From IMG/VR virus record IMGVR_UViG_3300030037_000007, positions 1-49,820 of that record: 49,820 bases of DNA; one strand, 5' to 3'. Both the position numbers and the translations under genes were made by a program. Below, piece by piece: positions 26,183 to 34,176 of the stretch. The notes below the pieces were generated by a model. It did no database searches, was not told the origin of the DNA, and saw nothing but the letters and a program-made list of their open reading frames with translations. Position 1 is the stretch's first letter. Every line of letters begins with the position of its first letter. The stretch is from a virus (lineage: Duplodnaviria; Caudoviricetes).

Positions 26183-27175
26183 ATGTCTCAGGGTTGGATA
26201 TGCCTTCACAGAAGCATCTTAGATTGGGAGTGGTACGAAGATAAAAACGCCACTAGATTGTTTATTCACTGCCTATTAAGGGCTAATCACAAGGATAAAG
26301 AGTGGAGGGGAAAGGATATAAAAAGGGGTCAATTTTGGACTTCACTGGAAACACTCACAGCCGAGACAGGCTTGACCCAAAAGCAAATAAGAGGCGCAAT
26401 TTCTAAGCTCGAAGGGACAGGGGAAATGGCAAGCAAAGGATACGCTACAGGCCGCATGATCACTATGCTTAACTATGAATCGTATCAAGGAGAGGGCAAA
26501 CAAAAGGGCGAGCAAAAGGGCAAACAAGGGGCAAACGAAGGGCAAGCCGAGGGCAAGCAAAGGGCAACTAACAACAATGATAACAATGAAAATAATGAAA
26601 ACAATGTTAACAATAATTCAAAAGACTATGGCCATTTTCCAGAAAACGAAGAACAAGACAATTCTGACCTTTTAAACTCAATGTTGGACTATCACGAAAT
26701 GAACGATAATTTCACTTTGCAACAACAGGATAATCTAGACGGCCTTGTTTCTGACGAAACGGCTATCAAAGAATCATTCGATAGATTTTGGGATGCTTAT
26801 GCCAAAAAGAAAAAACCAAAGGATTGCTTGGCAAAATGGAAATCTAAAAAGCTCTATCTTATCGCTGATGAAATAATGGCCGACATTGAAAATCGAAAGG
26901 AACATTGTAACGACTGGAGATTGACAGGCCCAAAGGCTAGGCAGTGGCAACCACACCCATTAACTTACTTAAATAGCGATGGCTGGAAAAGTGAGCTATC
27001 CCCAAAGCCAGTCGAGCAGGCGATGAAGAAAAGCCAATTCGAATCAAAAGAGCAACGCATAGACAGGATTAACGAAGAGAACAGGGCTAAGCTATTCGGG
27101 CCAAGAAAAACCAACCAAGCCATTGAACAAGATTTCATAGAAGGGGAATTGCAGCATGAACCAAGAGAGCGATAA
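26183..27175 (+). CDS. Replication initiator protein (phage O/DnaD-like)
   Basis: GWI.LHR.ILDWEWY...RLFIH.LLRANH N-terminus. FDRFWDAY.KK...HP.TYLN...W C-terminal domain. Internal iterons. Confidence 0.85.
   Translation: MSQGWICLHRSILDWEWYEDKNATRLFIHCLLRANHKDKEWRGKDIKRGQFWTSLETLTAETGLTQKQIRGAISKLEGTGEMASKGYATGRMITMLNYESYQGEGKQKGEQKGKQGANEGQAEGKQRATNNNDNNENNENNVNNNSKDYGHFPENEEQDNSDLLNSMLDYHEMNDNFTLQQQDNLDGLVSDETAIKESFDRFWDAYAKKKKPKDCLAKWKSKKLYLIADEIMADIENRKEHCNDWRLTGPKARQWQPHPLTYLNSDGWKSELSPKPVEQAMKKSQFESKEQRIDRINEENRAKLFGPRKTNQAIEQDFIEGELQHEPRER
26493..26618. repeat. Putative replication origin: 7 iterons plus AT-rich repeats
   Basis: GGGC(A/G)A cores at 26494, 26506, 26518, 26529, 26540, 26551 and 26562, followed by 9-bp AA(C/T)AATG repeats. 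Confidence 0.75.
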
Positions 27176-28145
27176 AACACCCGTAGAACAAATTTACGAC
27201 CTGCTAACCATGATCTACAAGCAGGAAGGTAAAACGCTTAGTTACGAATACTTTCTAGAAATCTGGAAACCCGCCCTATCCGGCCACACATTCGACAACA
27301 TGAAGGCGGCAATTGTCGCAGAGGCAGCAAAGGGAATTTATTATTTAAAGCCTGGTGGAGTGGCAGCACGATTGCCCAACCTTCTTGGACACCCGACAGC
27401 AGAGCAAGCGTGGTCAATGCTTCCAAAGTCTGAGGAGTCAGACGCATGGGTAACGGGTCAAATGATGACGGCTAGGTCGATGATTGAGGAGCCGCTATAC
27501 CGTGGCGACATGATCGCAGCAAGAAAGGCATTTTTAGATATTTACACTGACCAAGTGGCAAGGGCAGAGCTAGACGGCGACAAAGCAAAAATGTTCTGGT
27601 CTGGAAAGCATGACGAAAAATACATAGCCAAAACTATCGAAATGGTTAACGCGGGCCTACTCGAAAACAAGAGGGGGCGAAAGATAATCCATGGATACAC
27701 GAGGGTGAACGGTGACGACCCCGCCCCACTTTACGCTCAATTACCAGAGTTTCATGGTGAGCTTGATATTGAGCCTCTAAGGATTGAACAGGAAAACCCT
27801 GTGCATACCCCGCCCCCACTTACCGAAGAAGGTCACAAACAGGCTTATTTTGAACGTGAGCCTAGTTCTACGTATGACTTAGCAATGAAAATGCACGAAA
27901 ACATGATGAATGGAAAAGTATGGCATGGATACCCAAATTTTGACATGTGGACTAACGTACTAAATAACATGGTCAATGTTGGCGGTCATGAGCTTGAAAG
28001 GTTAAGCAATGTTTGGACGTGGGTATGCAAGCAACCATTCGAATTTAGAAACAAGGTTTCTAGCCCTATTTGGTTCAGAGCTTACTTTGATGAAATGTTT
28101 GAAACTATGAAATCAGATTATGCGGTGGTCGGCGATGGAATCTAA
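27156..28145 (+). CDS. Putative helicase loader / replication accessory protein
   Basis: Follows the initiator. G.PTAEQAW.M.PKSE and GD.IAAR.AF...Y motifs are seen in post-initiator genes. Confidence 0.55.
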   Translation: MNQESDKTPVEQIYDLLTMIYKQEGKTLSYEYFLEIWKPALSGHTFDNMKAAIVAEAAKGIYYLKPGGVAARLPNLLGHPTAEQAWSMLPKSEESDAWVTGQMMTARSMIEEPLYRGDMIAARKAFLDIYTDQVARAELDGDKAKMFWSGKHDEKYIAKTIEMVNAGLLENKRGRKIIHGYTRVNGDDPAPLYAQLPEFHGELDIEPLRIEQENPVHTPPPLTEEGHKQAYFEREPSSTYDLAMKMHENMMNGKVWHGYPNFDMWTNVLNNMVNVGGHELERLSNVWTWVCKQPFEFRNKVSSPIWFRAYFDEMFETMKSDYAVVGDGI

Positions 28146-28452
28146 ATCAATGGGATTCGCGGCATTAGATCGCGCCAAAGCCCTTATTGAAGCCATTCCA
28201 GATACAAAAATGTCACGCCTAAAAACGGTAAGAGTTGCAGACCGGGAATGGTTCGAGAAGAACAAAAAGGGAGTTGAAAGGGTAATAGGTGAATCGATCA
28301 GGCTCGACAAGCGCCAATTTTTGGGAAAGAACATTCAAAACCCACAGGTTCAGCGTGACGAATTAGCAGGCTATCAGAATATGGACATGGAGCAATACAG
28401 GCCCCAGGTTGATGATGATGCCGAAGTTTATATTCCAATAAGCGAGAGATAG
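28135..28452 (+). CDS. Hypothetical protein
   Basis: Operon packing. ATG 28135 preferred as start. Confidence 0.55.
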   Translation: MESKSMGFAALDRAKALIEAIPDTKMSRLKTVRVADREWFEKNKKGVERVIGESIRLDKRQFLGKNIQNPQVQRDELAGYQNMDMEQYRPQVDDDAEVYIPISER

Positions 28453-28453
28453 C

Positions 28454-28654
28454 ATGGAAACAAATGTATGCCCAACGCATGAAGGAACGCAAAGCGCAAT
28501 AATCGTTGCTATGAGAGACCTTCGAAAATACGCGCCTGACACAATATGGCTTACACCCGTAGAGACTGTTTTCGAACGGCTTGCAACCCTATATTTCATA
28601 GCGGGCGGCGAGAGAAAAACATTGATGGAATTATTTCCTGAATATTTTGATTAA
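28454..28654 (+). CDS. Hypothetical protein
   Basis: Operon packing. Confidence 0.6.
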   Translation: METNVCPTHEGTQSAIIVAMRDLRKYAPDTIWLTPVETVFERLATLYFIAGGERKTLMELFPEYFD

Positions 28655-28672
28655 CCCGCAAGTGAGAGCGAA

Positions 28673-28903
28673 ATGAAAGTTAAAACAGAAATAGAAAGTT
28701 TCCTAGCCGAATATGAAGTGAAAATACAGAATTGCGAAAAACTGTTGTCCAGTGTTGGTGCACAGATAACAGCAGCAAGAAAGGCAAAAGAAGGCTATAC
28801 GCACCTTAGAAAGTCGCAATCTATACTTCACGCGCAATGCAACGCCTATTACCAGGCTAAGGCGGATTTTGACAGCTTGCTAGATTATACGGGGGAGGTA
28901 TGA
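28673..28903 (+). CDS. Hypothetical coiled-coil protein
   Basis: Leader GTGAGAGCGA. Confidence 0.65.
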   Translation: MKVKTEIESFLAEYEVKIQNCEKLLSSVGAQITAARKAKEGYTHLRKSQSILHAQCNAYYQAKADFDSLLDYTGEV

Positions 28904-29181
28904 AACGAGAAGAACAACAGCTAACACTACCGGGCGTAGAACTGGCAAACCTCGAATTGTGGAAGGCTGCAAACGGCGTCTACACTGGGGAAATCAAGGG
29001 GCTGGCTTGGAATGTACACGAATACGTTTGGGCGGCGTGGACTGATTACGAAAGCCCTGTGATATTCATGTGTCAAAACGATCATGAAGTAATGGGATAT
29101 GGAGAAACAGAAAAAGCGGCCATTTTGGATTACTGCAATGGATGGCACGAAAAACAAATTAATAAACCGGACTGGTGGTGA
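28900..29181 (+). CDS. Hypothetical protein
   Basis: RBS GGGGAGG and ATGA overlap. Confidence 0.65.
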   Translation: MKREEQQLTLPGVELANLELWKAANGVYTGEIKGLAWNVHEYVWAAWTDYESPVIFMCQNDHEVMGYGETEKAAILDYCNGWHEKQINKPDWW

Positions 29182-29184
29182 TAT

Positions 29185-29436
29185 ATGAGCGAATTTTGTA
29201 AGGTTTTTGATGATGAATTAATAGGGCAAATTTTAGTAAAACTAGATAGTTCTGACGATGATTTTAAAACTGAAATACGGATTTATTGCAAACCAAAAGA
29301 TATGGGGGTTTGCTCAATAGCGCTTATTTACAAGGATACCGAAGAAGGCTGGGCAAAGGCGGAATCTACATTTATAAAAATGGGAAAACAAGACGCTATA
29401 AAGATAGCAAAAAACATTATTGAGAGAACCCTATGA
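29185..29436 (+). CDS. Hypothetical protein
   Basis: RBS GGTG and operon packing. Confidence 0.65.
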   Translation: MSEFCKVFDDELIGQILVKLDSSDDDFKTEIRIYCKPKDMGVCSIALIYKDTEEGWAKAESTFIKMGKQDAIKIAKNIIERTL

Positions 29437-29606
29437 AATCACACCCATACAGCGGCGGACGACGCAACCCAGCACCCGCACCAATGGCCGACCTTGTACC
29501 ACAGGCAAAGGCGCAAAAATCAGAGATAGACGAATACGAGGACTCCACACCGTACGAGCGGTCAAACCTCAGTATCAAGCGGAAACACGGCGGCAGTAGA
29601 AAATAA
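29433..29606 (+). CDS. 57-aa low-complexity hypothetical protein (not in ORF track)
   Basis: ATGA overlap. MKSHPYSGGRRNPAPAPMADL... Confidence 0.45.
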   Translation: MKSHPYSGGRRNPAPAPMADLVPQAKAQKSEIDEYEDSTPYERSNLSIKRKHGGSRK

Positions 29607-29676
29607 GTAAAAATCTGGATTGTATGTGTAATTGCTAAATATATGCGTAAATCCGAAAAGTATGTGAAATATCTAC

Positions 29677-29715
29677 TAAACTATTGTTTACAAGGTGGGA
29701 GCTATAGCCTACTAT
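29677..29715 (+). promoter_or_regulatory. Operator plus promoter TTTACA-N17-TACTAT
   Basis: Operator at 29677-29690, -35 at 29687-29692, -10 at 29710-29715. Confidence 0.8.
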
Positions 29716-29746
29716 TCAGTTATCGAAAACAACGGAGCAAAATAGT

Positions 29747-29980
29747 ATGAAAAAGCAATTCAATGGAACGGTAAAAGTTAAGGTTGAAATTGGAATGAAA
29801 GCGCGAATAAACCCTGAAGAATTTGAAGGGCGAATTCATAAAGGGAAGCAATTCGTTATTGCTGGCGAGCCTAGAGATTTGTGTGGAACTCAAGTTGTAG
29901 CATTGGATAACATGGACGGCTCAAGATTCAGCCCTGGATATGATATGTCAATGCTAGAGATTACAGACGTTAACACGTAG
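29747..29980 (+). CDS. Hypothetical early protein (SH3-like pattern)
   Basis: RBS GGAG. First ORF after the promoter. Confidence 0.7.
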   Translation: MKKQFNGTVKVKVEIGMKARINPEEFEGRIHKGKQFVIAGEPRDLCGTQVVALDNMDGSRFSPGYDMSMLEITDVNT

Positions 29981-30000
29981 TTATGTCGGAGGATAACTAT

Positions 30001-30162
30001 ATGAAATGGCACATAGGGGAGGTCTACAAAATAACACTATTGAATTTATTTGAGTATGAAGGTCTTATTTATGATCAGGATGACACATGGGTTTTTATGA
30101 ACTGTGCTGATGTGGGTAGGAAATCCTTCAGAAAATCACAAATCACAGGCGAACAACACTAA
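30001..30162 (+). CDS. 53-aa hypothetical protein (not in ORF track)
   Basis: RBS GGAGGA. MKWHIGEVYKITLLNLFEYEGLIYDQDDTWVFMNCADVGRKSFRKSQITGEQH. Confidence 0.7.
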   Translation: MKWHIGEVYKITLLNLFEYEGLIYDQDDTWVFMNCADVGRKSFRKSQITGEQH

Positions 30163-30199
30163 GTAATGTCGGACATGCAAATTTAACGGAGGAAGAAAA

Positions 30200-30532
30200 A
30201 TGACAACAGCTACAACGCTAAAAGTGAAAGAACTCTCACTAAAAAACACCCTATTGCATAGTCATTTCAAGATGGGCCACTTGGAACAAATGCCCTATGG
30301 CGAGATGCTAGAGAATGCCATTATTTCGTTAGTTGAAAAACAAGAAAAGCTAGAAAGCAAGCTGCTTGCCCATGCACAAGAAAGTCGTGATACTTGCAAT
30401 TTAAGCGAGCGTGAACGGGGCTTTCTTGAGCGCATGATATCTTTTTACGCTGCCAACCAGATGACAAGTGGTGAGCGAGATTACGCCAAAGAAGATATGT
30501 TTGATGCGATTAAATCAAAGCTTAAGTTGTAG
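30200..30532 (+). CDS. Hypothetical protein
   Basis: RBS GGAGG. Confidence 0.7.
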   Translation: MTTATTLKVKELSLKNTLLHSHFKMGHLEQMPYGEMLENAIISLVEKQEKLESKLLAHAQESRDTCNLSERERGFLERMISFYAANQMTSGERDYAKEDMFDAIKSKLKL

Positions 30533-30572
30533 TTCTGTCGAATAAGCGTTTCAACCAACCAGGGGAAAAACA

Positions 30573-30905
30573 ATGCCTGAAAAATCACACAACTCAATTA
30601 TTAATCAGCATATAAAAGATGTAGCTGAAGGCAAAACGAGAATGGATATAGTTCCAGCAATTGACACCAAGCAAGAGCAGATCGACGCAGCACGAATAGA
30701 ACTAGGCAGTTTTAACAACAAGGCCAGAACTTTAGAATCTTGCATTATGGATATGCGGCTAGAGTCAGAGCGATTGAAAAAGACCATTGCAGAGGCTAAC
30801 CAGGAAATTGCTATTACTAAAAATCTGGTTGAGTCTCAGCGCGTGGCCATAGCAGAGCAGAAGAAAACGAACGATAAACTTCTAGCCAAGTTTTCAAAAG
30901 CCTAG
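30573..30905 (+). CDS. Coiled-coil hypothetical protein
   Basis: CCAACCAGGGG leader. Confidence 0.7.
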   Translation: MPEKSHNSIINQHIKDVAEGKTRMDIVPAIDTKQEQIDAARIELGSFNNKARTLESCIMDMRLESERLKKTIAEANQEIAITKNLVESQRVAIAEQKKTNDKLLAKFSKA

Positions 30906-31009
30906 CGCACGCACGTAACACACTTTAACCGTTTAAGCAGAATTATTTTACATTCCGGTTTTTCTCCCTCAAATGAGGCGGCAAAACCGGAACAACCAGA
31001 GAAATCAAT

Positions 31010-31288
31010 ATGAACATTCAAGGCCACGCATTTACAAAAGACGAAGAAGAAATACAGGCAAAGCGATTTGCAAGGTACAAAGAAATACAGCATTTACGGG
31101 AATCAATGATACTTGAAAAAGCCCCGCAGTATGGAAAAACCATGTTTGCTGGAAAGCTTAAAAGTGATAAGGCCAAAGCGCTTAGTGAGGAGGATATTGC
31201 ACTGATTGCCGACCATGGGAATTTATGCTTCGGTGGAATTTGCACCAAAAGCGGGGATACTTTCACAGGCTGCTATTACACGGATTAG
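31010..31288 (+). CDS. Hypothetical protein
   Basis: CAACCAGAG leader. Confidence 0.7.
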   Translation: MNIQGHAFTKDEEEIQAKRFARYKEIQHLRESMILEKAPQYGKTMFAGKLKSDKAKALSEEDIALIADHGNLCFGGICTKSGDTFTGCYYTD

Positions 31289-31295
31289 GTGAGAT

Positions 31296-31649
31296 ATGAA
31301 ACGATCAATAAAATTCAAAGCGTGGAACGAACGCCTACAAATGATGTTCACCGTATACAGCATAGACTTTGATAAGGGCCTTGTATTCTGCGAGTCAGAG
31401 AACGATACGCGCCACACGTTCGGAATGATCGACGTTGAATTGTTGCAGTTTACATGGGCGCATGATGGGCATGGCGTCGATATTTACGAAGGCGATATTG
31501 TTCAATTTTTTGATGGTGAAATGTCATTGGTAGACAGAGACGATGGGGGTGCTTGGCGCATAAAGGTGATTGGCGAGGAGCTTATAGGCAGGTCTGACGA
31601 CGTTGTCCAGATTGGCAACAAATACCAGCACGCGGAGCTATTAGAATGA
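31296..31649 (+). CDS. YopX-family protein
   Basis: IKFKAW, LLQFT...D..G.DIYEGDIV and IGNKYQH.ELLE motifs. Confidence 0.9.
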   Translation: MKRSIKFKAWNERLQMMFTVYSIDFDKGLVFCESENDTRHTFGMIDVELLQFTWAHDGHGVDIYEGDIVQFFDGEMSLVDRDDGGAWRIKVIGEELIGRSDDVVQIGNKYQHAELLE

Positions 31650-31783
31650 TATTCATAGCAATCCTTTGGGTGATATTCGCAATCATCGTACACAGAACAT
31701 ACAGATTCGATTGGGTGGCTACCTTCACAAGTTGCGCCCACTCTTTAACTTTTAGCTACGTTCACGCTTTCGGGGTAGGTTGA
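31646..31783 (+). CDS. 45-aa membrane peptide (not in ORF track)
   Basis: ATGA overlap, RBS GGAG, hydrophobic N-terminus MIFIAILWVIFAIIV. Confidence 0.45.
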   Translation: MIFIAILWVIFAIIVHRTYRFDWVATFTSCAHSLTFSYVHAFGVG

Positions 31784-31785
31784 TT

Positions 31786-32229
31786 ATGAGTGATTTAAAA
31801 AAGTTTGTAGATTTACCACTTGGCACTAAGTTTAGGCACGAAGACGGCAAAGATGTTTACGTTGTTTTAGAAACTCACGGGCGAGGCAAGGTTGCTGAAT
31901 ATCAGGGCGTTAATGGCTGTTTTGCAACTCAGTGTGTTTACTCTGCCGGATCTGATGAGGAGGAAACCAGAGCGCTTGAGGTCATTGTTGTTGAAGATAA
32001 CGAAACTACATCTATTGACGAAGACGTACGCGCCAATGTTGAAAGCCTTGGTGCCGGTCTGCGATCAATCGCCGTCGAATGCGCGAAACTCATTGAAGAC
32101 AACAGGGTTATTTGTGATCAGCTAGACAAGGCAGCCGATCAAATGCTAAATGATTTCGAAACCATAAAAAAACTCAAAGAAATTGTAGGCGATGACCCAG
32201 AATTCACCAACACAGAGAGCGAATCATGA
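31786..32229 (+). CDS. Hypothetical protein
   Basis: RBS AGGT. F.DLP.G.KF N-terminal motif. Confidence 0.65.
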   Translation: MSDLKKFVDLPLGTKFRHEDGKDVYVVLETHGRGKVAEYQGVNGCFATQCVYSAGSDEEETRALEVIVVEDNETTSIDEDVRANVESLGAGLRSIAVECAKLIEDNRVICDQLDKAADQMLNDFETIKKLKEIVGDDPEFTNTESES

Positions 32230-32453
32230 CAGAGCGAGAACGAATAGAATCGGCACTAAAAGAGATTGGCGAAGTGTGCGCAAAGCATAAGGTTATTTTA
32301 GCGTCATGGCATGAGCTAGACGGTATTTTCATAAACCCAAGCCAGCACGAAACATACGACATTCTAATAAACCTAGATTCTGATTTGCAGGTAATTGAGG
32401 GCGTAACAGAAAACGAATACATTATAGAAATTATTGGCGAGGTTAAGGACTAA
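32226..32453 (+). CDS. Hypothetical acidic protein
   Basis: ATGA overlap. Confidence 0.65.
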   Translation: MTERERIESALKEIGEVCAKHKVILASWHELDGIFINPSQHETYDILINLDSDLQVIEGVTENEYIIEIIGEVKD

Positions 32454-32731
32454 TGAAAAATAGATACGGCGTAGATACAACATACTTTAGAAAGTTGCTA
32501 AAACGTGCTTTGACAAATTTAGCAGATTACAAGCCCGATGAATTAGCGCGGGAACTGGCTAGAATGTCGAAAACGGCAGATCCTAAAGTCATCCAAGAAA
32601 GAGAATTTTCTGACGATGGGGCAAAGGTTGCATATGAACTATTGGCCGACATAGGAGAAAAGGCAGGAATTGAAGAGGGCGACGTTGCAGCGTTTCTCGA
32701 ATGGATTGATAAATTGCCAGAACCGGACTAA
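32453..32731 (+). CDS. Hypothetical protein
   Basis: TAATG coupling. NRYG.D..YF...L......L..Y.P.ELAREL.R motif. Confidence 0.65.
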   Translation: MKNRYGVDTTYFRKLLKRALTNLADYKPDELARELARMSKTADPKVIQEREFSDDGAKVAYELLADIGEKAGIEEGDVAAFLEWIDKLPEPD

Positions 32732-32780
32732 CCTTAAAATACATAGCAACCGACAAGGACACCCAGGAGGTGGCGCTATC

Positions 32781-32813
32781 TGGCAAAGCTCGCATTTATG
32801 TGGGCTTTTGTCA
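32781..32813 (+). terminator. Hairpin, probable terminator of the early operon
   Basis: AAAGCTCGCA-TTTA-TGTGGGCTTT-TG. Confidence 0.55.
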
Positions 32814-32835
32814 TTTCTAGGGTGCGTGCTATCAT
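32808..32835 (+). promoter_or_regulatory. Candidate promoter for the adhesin/packaging operon
   Basis: TTGTCA-N16-TATCAT with an extended -10 TG at 32827-32828. Confidence 0.5.
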
Positions 32836-32871
32836 TTGTTGGTAAATTTACTAATAGATAGAGGTGAGACG

Positions 32872-34173
32872 ATGGTTGCCCCAACAATACAGCCAGATAC
32901 TTTTGAGCTGCAAGATTATGTTCCTTGCGCGGGAGGTCTTTATGGTACCGGAACATGCCCGCCAGGACACGAACTGCCGGTAAACACTGGTCTGGTTGCA
33001 ATATCAATACTAAACTACCAAGGGGCTTTTAGGCTTCCTGGCAACACATACGGGGCGTCTTCGCTTAGGTACCAGCAAAGGGCAGTTATTGGCTATAACA
33101 ATACCACTGGAAACTTGCTGATTGTAGGCGAGGGTGATGCAAACAATGAATATATCGGCGAGTTTAGCATTCCTGCAATTGTAAAAGAGGAGGGCGGCGT
33201 TTATGCAAATCTCAATTACGCAACCAACACCCAGCCATTTGTTAACGTATTAGACCAAGATACCAACGACGGGGATTTCTCACAGGGCAGATCAATATCA
33301 GGTATATACACCATTGGCGGCGAGATATTCGTTAACTATTTCTCGTATTACGACAACGCGCCCTTCAACACTGACACAACCGTAATAAAGCGAAACGCTA
33401 CAGACATCAACGCAAGCACAACGGACGTTGTTGGATCTCTTAAAATGTCAGGAGCGTGCCATTCTAGTGGCTGGATTTCAGAAATACCCGCCGCGTGGCA
33501 GGCAGCATTGGGCGGCACGCATATATCAGGACACAGTAGCAGCACGACAAAAACCATAAACACACGGCACAGTGTTGGGCCAAGCGCGTTTGTATTTACA
33601 GCTACGGACTACACCTCCCCAAATAACCCAGCGATTGGTAGCGCAATAGTTGCAACAGCAGTACTCGACTATCCAATAGAGCACCACCTTGACATTGTTA
33701 CTCAGGGGACGCTTGTTGATACCCGTTTGAATGAAGCCGGAACCATATGGAATAATATGTCGGAGGCTGCCTATGGGTTTATTTTACCAGGAACATCAAC
33801 CTACATGGTTATAGGCGGCGGAGGTGGATTTGTTGGCGGGGTAACTTACAAGCCGACATATGCAGACGGAACCAGTCTTAGCGGCCACGGCCCAACGGTA
33901 CAAGGCGAGTTCTCAAACAACTTTTGGCTTTATGATGTTAATGACCTAGTTGCAGTTAAAAACGGAACCATGGCAACGTGGGAGCCTCAACCGTACTCTT
34001 CAGGAACCTTCGTGGCTCCATTTGCAACAACCGACTCATCAACGCACCGAATTACCGGCGCATCGTATGACGTTACGAATCAACGCCTATATATGACAAT
34101 ATCAAAAATAGACGATCAAGGCGTGGGCTCAACACAGCCGGTTGCTCTTCAATACACTTTAGACGGGGTTTAA
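32872..34173 (+). CDS. Beta-rich (propeller-like) protein of unknown function
   Basis: RBS GAGGTG before ATG 32872. YQGAFRLP...IGEFSIP...ITGASYD....RLY motifs. No signal peptide. Confidence 0.7.
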   Translation: MVAPTIQPDTFELQDYVPCAGGLYGTGTCPPGHELPVNTGLVAISILNYQGAFRLPGNTYGASSLRYQQRAVIGYNNTTGNLLIVGEGDANNEYIGEFSIPAIVKEEGGVYANLNYATNTQPFVNVLDQDTNDGDFSQGRSISGIYTIGGEIFVNYFSYYDNAPFNTDTTVIKRNATDINASTTDVVGSLKMSGACHSSGWISEIPAAWQAALGGTHISGHSSSTTKTINTRHSVGPSAFVFTATDYTSPNNPAIGSAIVATAVLDYPIEHHLDIVTQGTLVDTRLNEAGTIWNNMSEAAYGFILPGTSTYMVIGGGGGFVGGVTYKPTYADGTSLSGHGPTVQGEFSNNFWLYDVNDLVAVKNGTMATWEPQPYSSGTFVAPFATTDSSTHRITGASYDVTNQRLYMTISKIDDQGVGSTQPVALQYTLDGV

Positions 34174-34176
34174 CAG

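Noticed and set aside
26493-26618. Short repeats as a CRISPR array
   Set aside because: The period is 11-12 bp, there are no unique spacers, and they lie inside a CDS. Iterons fit better.
23084-32870. tRNA genes in intergenic gaps
   Set aside because: No cloverleaf with a T-loop GTTCRA in suitable context was found by eye. A tRNAscan-SE run would be decisive.
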